This document shows, one piece after another, positions 11,303 through 20,825 of a stretch of 64,000 nt of DNA (positions are counted from its first letter, which is position 1; each line of letters opens with the position of its first letter). The translations under genes and the position numbers were made by a program. Origin of the DNA: Pelomyxa schiedti (taxonomy: Eukaryota > Protista > Evosea); assembly GCA_020536535.1 (NCBI GenBank), contig JAHLWZ010000702.1, positions 80,772 through 144,771 of the forward strand, in the 5' to 3' direction. The notes under the pieces are model-generated. The model was not told where the DNA came from. It saw only the letters and a program-made list of their open reading frames with translations, and searched no databases.

Positions 11303-13438
11303 CTAGAGCCTGGTGCAACGGCAGAAGATATAGGGAATGTCACATAGTCTGACAGCGGTGGTGCTTGGTTGTGGCTTGGGGGTGACAAAGGCTTTGGGGC
11401 ATTCGAGAGTCTCTAGGGTGTTGAATCCTGCGTTGGTGAGGTGGTGTATAATTTGTTCCCGGGATAAGCCGGTGATGCTCTGGTGTTCTGTGGGGTTTTC
11501 TTGGAAGGTTTCCTCGTGCCATTGGAACGATACCCAGAGCTCCGCGCGCGGTCTGAGGGCCCGGTGGCATACGCGGAGCACTGAGGCGACGTCGAGAAGC
11601 TCGATGGAGCCCGAGCAAACCACGACATCCACAGTGGAATCCGGAACGCAGAGAGTTGTCTGTGAATCGGCGATGTAGAGCTCATCATAGCAGCAGCGGA
11701 GCGCGGCCTTATTCAGCATTCCTTTGGATATATCGCTTCCAACAAGACGGCCTGTGAATCCCATCAGCCTGAGAGTTTGGCCAGGGAGGCCTACTCCACA
11801 GCAAAGATCCAGAACTGTAAGGGATCGAGAGCCATCAGACAGTTGGCTGTTGGTGTGCGATAGGGGGCGTTGTGCCATGTTGCACAGCCACGACCAAACT
11901 GGAGAGTAGCCACAAGATACAACGAACTCCTCCCAATGTGCAGAGAGGCGATCGAACTTGGCAGCCATTAGTTGCGGTGTATTAAGGTCCTTGATACTGA
12001 AGCCCTTCCCTGAGGCACTGCATAAAGCGTGCAGTAGCTCCTTCTTCTTTTTAAAGACAGTTCGATGAGCCTTACGGACACTTTTTAGGCAGGCCAGGGT
12101 AACGGCATCCTTATTGGCGGCACTTATTGCATCAATCTGATACGGTACCGAGTCAATGAGTGCCCGCAGCATGCAATCACAAAGATGTGGCTCAACTCCA
12201 GAGCGCATGGTGGCGCAACGTAATTCATCCATCATATCTTGTAGCTCCCATTGCCTTGCCCACAACTCATCTGTGTAAGTAGTTTGTGGGATGAAGGGCA
12301 CAAGCAGGGATTTGAGGGATAGGGAATCTAGTACAAGTACATCAAGCTTGGAAAATCCCAGACCCTCATACACACAGCGCCCCGCATCGGAGGCGTAGAT
12401 TAGGCTTATTTCTTGAAGACTCAGCTCTTCAAAGTAACGGAAAATATTTTTCATGAGATGGGTGGCGATTCCTCGGCGTCTGAACTTTGGTTGCACATAC
12501 ACAGCCCAGACAGCACCAGTGCGTGGGCAGAGCGACGAGGGTGCAGTTCCAGCATGAACTTGGCAACTTACACTCCCAACTGGAAGACCGGTTTGCATAT
12601 CAATTGCAGCAAAGGTCTGGTAATGCAGGGAGGCTCTGGCTTCAGTAATGAAATTCATTGTCATATTTTCATGCTCTGGCTTAATTAGGGAGGAATTAAC
12701 ACCAGCTTCTTCCCACATTTTCAGCCAATTTTCGTGAACTAGCCCATCGCCCTCTTCTCCAAGAGGCTTAAAGCTAATTCCTGTGTTAAATTTAATAAAG
12801 TATAAAACACATAATACTAGGTAAAAACAAAAACAAACAAACAACAAGAAGTATGCTAAATTGTTACCTGAAATCTCTTTATCAGGAACTTCATTCGTGG
12901 ATGGAAGAATCTTCACCAGGGCATTGCCGTGGCTAAATCCCATAATTCGCATCAGGATTTCCCTATGCCTCGCACTAGGCACCCTGGCAACGACCTTATT
13001 GACACCCAAGTCCCTCAAATGACCAACGGCCCTCGCCACCAACATCTTCACGATCTCTTCCTCAATCTCAGGCTCCAATCCACCCACGGTCCTCAGTCCC
13101 CAAAAAGTGCCAATACACAAAGCCTGAGGCTCAGGTACCAGCGGCAACGGCCCCTGCCACAAATGGCAGCACACTGCTCCCACAATTGCTCCCGCACCGA
13201 CCTCCGAAGTTGATGCCGTAGCCAGCGTCGAGGACGCCAAGCACTTATGGGCCACGAACGTTGCCGTTTTCAGCCCCAGGTCCCTCGAGCGAGCCAAAAA
13301 GTCAATAACGTCGTTGGCCGAAGACGGCGGGCACCGTGGGTGACACAGATGCCGCGCCAACTTGATGTCCCACTCAGCACCAACCTGTTCCACCCTCACT
13401 CGATTCGAACACGCAACGAACGGCACGTGGCTGGTCAT
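11303..13438 (-). CDS. tandem GNAT acetyltransferase + class I SAM methyltransferase fusion
   Basis: GNAT2 VWAVYVQPKFRRRGIATHLM...AGRCVYEGLGF; degenerate GNAT1; MTase VLDLCCGVGLPG, GSDISKGML; one 87-nt GT-AG intron 12867-12781. Confidence 0.85.
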   Translation of the reverse strand: MTSHVPFVACSNRVRVEQVGAEWDIKLARHLCHPRCPPSSANDVIDFLARSRDLGLKTATFVAHKCLASSTLATASTSEVGAGAIVGAVCCHLWQGPLPLVPEPQALCIGTFWGLRTVGGLEPEIEEEIVKMLVARAVGHLRDLGVNKVVARVPSARHREILMRIMGFSHGNALVKILPSTNEVPDKEISGNNLAYFLLFVCFCFYLVLCVLYFIKFNTGISFKPLGEEGDGLVHENWLKMWEEAGVNSSLIKPEHENMTMNFITEARASLHYQTFAAIDMQTGLPVGSVSCQVHAGTAPSSLCPRTGAVWAVYVQPKFRRRGIATHLMKNIFRYFEELSLQEISLIYASDAGRCVYEGLGFSKLDVLVLDSLSLKSLLVPFIPQTTYTDELWARQWELQDMMDELRCATMRSGVEPHLCDCMLRALIDSVPYQIDAISAANKDAVTLACLKSVRKAHRTVFKKKKELLHALCSASGKGFSIKDLNTPQLMAAKFDRLSAHWEEFVVSCGYSPVWSWLCNMAQRPLSHTNSQLSDGSRSLTVLDLCCGVGLPGQTLRLMGFTGRLVGSDISKGMLNKAALRCCYDELYIADSQTTLCVPDSTVDVVVCSGSIELLDVASVLRVCHRALRPRAELWVSFQWHEETFQENPTEHQSITGLSREQIIHHLTNAGFNTLETLECPKAFVTPKPQPSTTAVRLCDIPYIFCRCTRL

Positions 13439-13563
13439 CGTTGGTCTTCTTGGTTTACGAGAAAAAATCGTGAAAGAGAATTCTCGAGGATCAGGAATAG
13501 AACTTGGGTCTGTGGTGTTTTTTGTTTATTGTCCCACTCATAACAATGAAATGGTGGTACTGC

Positions 13564-15222
13564 TTAGGAATTGTTTTCAAGAGCTCTTGCTCTGGACTCA
13601 ATTCCACCTGGGATTCCTTTTAGACCAGCATTTTTGCCTACTTGCCACAGTACGTGGATCCAGTCACCTACACCAACGTGGGCTTCGTCTGTTATCTTTG
13701 ATACTTTGACAAAGCCATTTCCACTAAAGCTATATTGTGTTCAGTTGCACTGAAAGTTATTTCTTAGGGTATCTCACCTTATCCAGCCGTCACTTCCATC
13801 TGTGGCATACCACCCACCAGGGTTGGTGCTCATAAAGTCCGTAGCACCATAGGTTATCTGGAAAAAAGAGGTTTTGTAAAGGGCGATTCTGGATATTATT
13901 ACCTTATAGGGTTCATTCTCCGTTGACGCATCACCAGAGGGATCATAGCGGGTCTTGTGGAAGCATATGTGGAATTTTGTTCCATACCGAATAGACATCT
14001 TGGCTAGGTCTTGGGGCCGAAGGTTAGTTTTAATGTCCCCGTATGTACTGGTCTCAGTTATTTGACACCATGCCCCTCTATCATCAAACTTTTGAAAAAT
14101 TAACAAGAGAACGAGAGTGTAGAGGACCTACGGTAGCTTTTTGTGGTCTTTCAGGTGGAGGGATGGTGACATCTTTCAGTTGATCAAAGTGATAATCTCG
14201 GGGTTTCCCAAGTGCAATGTACCGTTCCAGCTCACGGAATACAGTTTCTCTTTCTGCTGGATTGCAGTTGCAATGGCCATTGCGCCTCACAAACCACATT
14301 GCAACAGGTGGGTGAGCAGGGTTGGCGGCCTCCACCTTTTCACACCACCGGATTTGAAGGGTTGTCTCATCACTGGTCGTGAGGTGAATAACAGGTATCT
14401 TCGCCTCATAGTCCATTTTGAATCCCTTTTCCTTGGCCAAAAGGGCAGCACCACAGGTCATAATGGCATCGAAAGGTGGAGCCCCAGGATACCATCCAGC
14501 TCCTCCCGCAATATGTGACGAAATGCATCCTCCCATAGACTCGCCTTTTGAACCATGTTAACACACCCACAGCAACAAATATCTCACTTCACATTTTTGA
14601 TTCAAATTGAAAATGAGGAATTCCACCAACCTTCCAGAATAGTAACAGGAGGAACCGAGCCCTTCTCCCTCAGTGCCACTTCATGCACCTTTTGCCTCAG
14701 CAGAATCACATCCTCCACCGCGTCCCTCACAATAATTCCGTCCCTCCGATACGACGTCATAGCCACAGCCCAGCCCTCCCTCATCAGCTTGTCATAAAGT
14801 CCGTCCGGCAGGCCCCCCGCCTCCTCCTCCCCGCACCCCCCGGGCTTCTGCCTGAAGCACGAGGCCGGCAGGTCCAGGGCGTCCCCGAGTCCCGTGGGCT
14901 TGCACCCGTGGGCCCAGAGGATGGCCCCTCGGAGGGGAGCCGTGGGCAGGGCCACCGAGTAGCGAGACCCCTGCAGGGTGTTCTCCTCGACGTAGGAGAC
15001 GTAGCCGAGGAGGGGCGGTGGTGGGGTGGCCGTGGCCGTGGCCGTGGCCGTGGCCGTGGCCGTGGCCGTGGCCGTGGCCTCTGCGGGGCTGTGGGGCGAG
15101 GCACTGGCGGGTGTGGTGGATGAGGCAGTGGAGGGGTTCATTATGGACTGATACTGGTGCTGTAGTTCACATGACTCGAAGAGTTTGCTACGTGGTGGAG
15201 CTGGTTGTTGTTGGTCCTGCAT
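13564..15222 (-). CDS. alpha/beta hydrolase fused to a SAM hydroxide adenosyltransferase C-terminal-like domain
   Basis: ILWAHG, WAVAMTSYRRDG, nucleophile elbow G|ESMGG, GHCN; C-terminal YGDIKTNL...TYG..F...GSDGWIR...VGDWIHV. Confidence 0.7.
15027..15079 (-). repeat. (GGCCGT)n hexamer repeat encoding poly-(Ala-Thr)
   Basis: About 8 perfect copies visible within the coding sequence. Confidence 0.95.
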
Positions 15223-15380
15223 TTCTCTTGGTTTTTTCGTTTGGTGTTTGTGTTGCCTTTGTGGCGTTTTGTGTGACGGGGGGATCACTTCACCTAACGC
15301 GATTCCAGGGCTTCATCAAAATAATGTCGAAAAAAGTTTTTTTTGGGAAAAATAACAGATGCGGTTATATGTTGGGTACA

Positions 15381-16544
15381 TCAAGTTCGTGCTTGAGCGC
15401 CTGAGAAGAGGCGAAGAACAAAGGAGAATAGTCCCAGAAAGTCCACATATAACGCGATCGAGGTTTCCAACGCATCACTGCCGTTGCTATTGTGTCCTCC
15501 AATCTGCTCGTAGTTGGCAGTAGTTGCCTGCTTCATCACCCTCGACGTGTCAGCCAACACAGCGAAGCTGAAAGCCACACAACCAACAAGCGAGTATACG
15601 AGTCCCATGGCTCTGACGTGAAAAACCAGTGACATAATTCCCCAGACCAGAAGCACCACCATTGCCATCATGGCCCATTTGGATAGGAATCCAAAGTCAC
15701 GCTTGGTCAATAGAACGATAGCACTGAGGGCCAGGAACCCAGCCACGGTGCTGCACAATCCCATAGTAACGATTTTGCCCAGCCCCATATAAGTGTACAC
15801 TGCACACGGCACGGAGACAGCCGTGGACAGAGATGCTAGGAATACAATCATTGCAAATCCACGTGCGAGGTGCTTTTTCCTGTTGGGCATTAACTGCAGT
15901 TAATACTATGGAATTCCATTATATTGAATAGGTTCAAGAGGGCATTGCCCGAAGCTATACCTTAGGAGCTGAAGAGCGATCAACGAAATGAAAGTAATTA
16001 CTAGGAGCAGAATCATTGCGAGTGGATTTGCACACATGTGTAATAACCACGCACGTGCTTGATTGTGCAAACAAAACAAAGCAACAATGAGGCCAGAGAA
16101 TGCCAACTCCAGGGTAAGCCAGCTGTAAACTCTACTCTTTTCCGAGTCAGAATAACATTATAAACTCAAGCTTCACCACACCTGGAAAGAATATTCAGAA
16201 GCACCTGGGGGAGCTGATTGCTCCAAACTGGCTGTTTCAATGTCACCGATTCCACCTTGGGTCCCCCCGGTACCTCTCCCAATCCCCCCACCATTCCAGT
16301 TCAAAGGCACGGCATACAGCTGAGGATAAGGGCAGTACAACAAATTCGGCACCGGACCCCCCACTCCCTGCAGACCACTATAATTGTATGTCCTGCTGTA
16401 ATCCTGATGTGGCGGGGGCACCTCTGCTGGAGGAGGAGGCTGTGGATGCGGAGGTGGAGGGGGTGGAGAAGGAGGTGGATACACAAGGGGCGGTGCACTG
16501 GGCTGCGGTGTATCTTGCCTGAAGTCGAAAGAACTCTCCTGCAT
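15381..16544 (-). CDS. Bax inhibitor-1/TMBIM (LFG-like) protein
   Basis: Pro-rich N-terminus; VYSWLTLELAFS, DFGFL, ADTSRVM, IALYVDFLGLF; about 7 TM. Confidence 0.9.
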
Positions 16545-16670
16545 CGTCTGCGGTTATTTAGTAAAATTGTCGGGTGTGGCTTTGCACTGTTTCCACTACC
16601 ACTGATTGCTAAACAAGTCATCAAAAAATTGAAATCCGAATTCTTTTCTTTCCTTTTTTTGGATGCAAAT

Positions 16671-18409
16671 TTACATGAGAAGGCATCCATCTGTGGTTTC
16701 ATCATCCTCTTTGACAAAGTTGAGGGGAACCTCAGTTGTGGCCACAGAGTCGCCTTCAGCACCAAAGCACATTGTGTGCTTGGCAATGAGTTTCATGCCA
16801 TTGTGGGGTGCCTTGAGGAATATTTGCCCTGTGACTTCAAGTTTCCTCAGAGGTGGAGTGACTGACTGTGTGATTGTGAAAGGGGGTTTGGTGGCTGTGA
16901 GGTGCTCATACTGGCACCATGCCGGCATCTTCCACTTTACTACGCGGATGGCGCCCAGGAATTCTGGGGCCACGGAAAGTGACCACTTGTGAGCTGTGCC
17001 TTCAATGATGTGGTGAGATTGAATGAGGACCAAGGGCCGGGAGAGTGCCGGCGGTAATGGTGTGAGGGCGGGAGCTGGGCTTTCTTTTTTCCAAACTTGA
17101 GGGTGCACGTTCACTACTGGTATCTGTGGAACAGCACCGCGCAGAGCTGCATCCACCCACCAGGTCCCAAGCGGAACTGGGTTCAACTTCTGGAAGCCAA
17201 TGAGGTAGTGACCCTCTGGATCCTTTCCAAGAATGCTACCAGTTTTCCCAAATTCAACAGAACCAGAGGGAGCGACTTTCACTTCGATATCTTCCCGGAG
17301 ATCAAGCCTCATTCTCACGGAGTCGTCATATGCTCCGTTCTCGTTGTATGGAATGTCATATATATCTCCTGGAGGAAGTGGAGCGGGGTGGCCTGGGGGT
17401 AGTGGAACTCCAGGGGATGTAAGACCCAACTCCACAGCTAAAAGTTTAAAGACATCATCCAGGCGTGCCCATATTCGCACTGAGGCCAATGCGTCAAGCG
17501 CCGTTTGTTGTAAGTTAATAATGACAGTCCCTTGGCCGAGTCCCTTTTGCTGGTTCGTGGCAGCAGTTCTCGGAATTTGATCAGCATTCTTTTATCCATC
17601 AGTATACAAAGGGAAATACCAGCACACCATTCCAGAAAGGGAAGTACCGAGGCAAAGGCACATATCCATTTGAGATTCTGTTTTCAGCATCCACTGATAG
17701 AAATCAGTGCGAAGTGAACCGTCAAATGAAACAACGGGGTAAGATGGGTCAAACCAAGCGCCGTGGATCTGTTTGTAGATGACTTAAGGAAACTAAGGTA
17801 TGCCCTCACTTCATTGACTTTTTCTTGTGGAAATCCCGCTTTTTCAGGTAAGCCATCATGGTTTTGGTTAATACATTCCCATAATAAGCCAGCTTTCTGC
17901 ATAGCTGCCAAAACATGGTGCGCATATCTTCAATATCCATTTGTAAGGAAGCACGCCAAATATTAGCTCCTGCATACGTTGGTTGTGCCCTATAGACATT
18001 TACCAATGTCCTAGAGTTTGCAACTGAATTCTCACTCTTGGTTGCATAGTCCGGTATTCTACATCCCAAAAATTCAGAAATGCAGCTTGGCTCCACACCA
18101 CAACCCACAAACTGTCAACCAAACCAATACCAACACTCACCCGCTAGCTTTGCTTAGCCCCGCGCCACAATAAGCCACGCAGTGCGCGCTTTTCCTCAGC
18201 AGCGAAGCAACCAGCCTCACCTTGGCAGCCAAAACAGGCTCCGGGTCCACAAACTCGTTTGCGCATATCGTCCCGCCTTGGTCTTCCCTCGCGGCCCTGT
18301 CACTCCTCAGCGCCAGTGCCGGCATGTCCCACCCTGGGTCGCCCAGAACCCCGTGGGCCGCCCTCCAGTCCTCAAAGAATCCTCCTCGTGTTGTGGTTGT
18401 AGCGGCCAT
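16671..18409 (-). CDS. sirtuin (NAD-dependent deacylase) lacking the Zn ribbon, with a C-terminal YEATS-like domain
   Basis: GAGLSKASG|IPDY, QPTYA, NQNHDGL, E|IHG, LGTSL, IINLQQT; C-terminal HKWSLSV...KPPFTIT. Confidence 0.9.
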
Positions 18410-18497
18410 GCCACAGCACAATAGGTTTTTCTATTTATTTAAACAAAAGAAAAAGGAACCACCGGTGTCCACAAGGACTGACTGGGTCCTTGTCCAG

Positions 18498-20609
18498 TCA
18501 CCGGCCACTGGATACTACAATTTTGGAGATGGAATTCTGGGGGCATTCTCCAATATCGGGAATTCCATTGTAGGGTGTATCCTGTGTTGTGTTACCCCAG
18601 GGTGACTGGAAGGCCGGCCGTAGGGTAGCAAAGTCTTGGGCAAGCATAAGGAGTACAATGGCTGCGCAGCCTATGACTATGTATGCAAGTGGGGTATTGA
18701 CCAGCATCAAACTTGACATCAGAATATAAAGCCCTTGTTGGCCAAACCTATCCACAGTTAACCTTTTTATTGGAATGAAATTGGAGAAGTAGACCAGCAC
18801 AAGGAGAGCACAAATCCTTGTTTGGAAATTAACCGATGGTTAACTGGAAAAAACATACCAAGGTACTGCTCAGAGGCGGCAGTATTAAGAAGATAGAAGG
18901 AGAAAGACACCATGTAGTAAGACGGAACCTGTGCTATCGTAATTGAAATCATGCTCAGAATCTAGATCACTTGTTAAGTGATTAGAGTTATTTTAAGGGA
19001 TGTAAACCGAATTTTTGGATGCAAGTAAGACGAGAACAAAACCAAGTGATATTGCACATAAAAGCGGGAATATACGTCCGAAATATCTCAGAGGTGGGCA
19101 GTCCACAAGGAAGATTCGATAACTGTCAAGTGTTACCAATACCCGGGAATTCGTAAAATACAGGACAGCTGTGACAATGAACACAGCATTTAATGCCGCT
19201 CCTTGTACAAGCAAGCGAGGAAGTAGACCGTTGCATTGGTTACTTTCAGTCGGTTGGTTTGAACTATCAATAAATGCACTGTTCTTAAATTCAGGTTGGT
19301 ATACAAAAAATCCATGTCAAAAAATTCAGGTTGGTATTCAAAAAATCCATTTTTGGAACAAAAAATAGAAGATAACTTACTCCAAACACTGTTACAGGAT
19401 AGGTAAGCAAAAGGAACAGTAACCAAGCAAGCAATGTGTGCACTAAAGTATTCCTAACAGCAGGGGATCCCCACAGGTAGGCACCCCTTTGTTGTAATCC
19501 AGAATTGAGGCTTTTAACTGTTGATACAACACTGCTCCAAGATGGTGATTTCCAAAGTTCACCTGGTGATTGTTTAACGTGTGCTAGATGCCTGTGATAA
19601 ATCTTGGTTCCGTGCTTTAACAGAGGAATCATACTTGTCACGAAAATAAAACGCGAGTAGAGCCGTGCCGGCGTTACAAAAGAAACCCCACACACAGACG
19701 GCAGTAAGGTTAATTTCAAAGTCCAGGCCCAAAACTTTGAATCAATAAGAATTTCACAGTGAGAAACATTTGCTGTAAAACCTGCTAATACGCCTAGTGA
19801 TAGAGTATTGCAGACCATACTAGTTATGTCGCCTGTGTTCCCACAAGAACTTGACACTGCATTGTATGCATCCTTTAGAGCATTACTATAGTTTCAAAGA
19901 ATCAATTTATGTACGCTGCTTGCAGATCCATCATCCGAACATATTCTGATTTTAAGCAATTTCCAATAGCTAGACATTATTTGTGCCATGCATATTTGCC
20001 TTATTTGGTAGCAAATCTGGGAGGTTTCGGATGAGATGAGGAAATTGGAGAAACCTTTCCTTACCACAAGACCAACATACTGCCCGTAGAGACCACAAGC
20101 AACTTGACAAGAAAGCAAGGTTACATTAAGAACTGTAACAGATTGAAGCACTCTGTGCTGGAAGCGTGCCGTGCTGTCGGAAATCCAACCAATTATAAAT
20201 GATACCAGAGGTAAAAGAAGGTTGGCAATCAAAAGCATGGATGAGTACAATCCTATGATATCACACCCGCCCGTGCATCTAACCAATAGGTAGTAGAGGC
20301 TCTACCATAAATGTCAGGAAGAAGAAAAAATAACAGTAACACAACGAAAACAATGGAATTACCACCAAATAAAGCAGCCACTACCACCAACTCACACACA
20401 TATTTCTCAAAGTCCTGCTCTGTCAATGCGAAACCCCACAGCACCCCGAACAACAATTTTTCGCCACCAGACAATACGCTCGCAGAATGTTTGTGCACAA
20501 CAGCGTCAGTGTTTACAGTGGTCAGTGCAGCATCAGGCGGGGTCGTAATACTAGTGTTTACAGTGGTCTCTTTGGTCCCGTCCGGATCTGCGAGCCGGCA
20601 GTCATCCAT
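18498..20609 (-). CDS. hypothetical multi-pass membrane protein, spliced
   Basis: Run of hydrophobic minus-strand exons separated by GT-AG introns; ATG at 20609. Confidence 0.55.
19287..19350. repeat. intronic tandem duplication (29 bp x2, period 35)
   Basis: AAATTCAGGTTGGTAT(A/T)CAAAAAATCCAT at 19287 and 19322. Confidence 0.9.
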
Positions 20610-20825
20610 ACCACTCACCGTAGGAGTCACTACAACAGCACCACCGCGAGCAATACCGTGATTAGCCGACGGTGATTAGTGCAATTCACCGAATGTGCGG
20701 CGATAACGAAAAACACAACCGGAACGCTGTATTTGATTCAGCAAGAAGTTGATTTCTTGGTCGGTGCCCCAGAACCCTCCTGGTATGTCACACTTGTGTG
20801 TGGATGTGTTATCACCAGTTCCATT

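Noticed and set aside
14683-15404. GRGRGR, WPWPWP and RPRPRP ORFs
   Set aside because: Alternative frames of the GGCCGT repeat encoding Ala-Thr
19287-19350. Direct repeat resembling a CRISPR unit
   Set aside because: Two copies with a 6-bp gap inside an intron; simple tandem duplication
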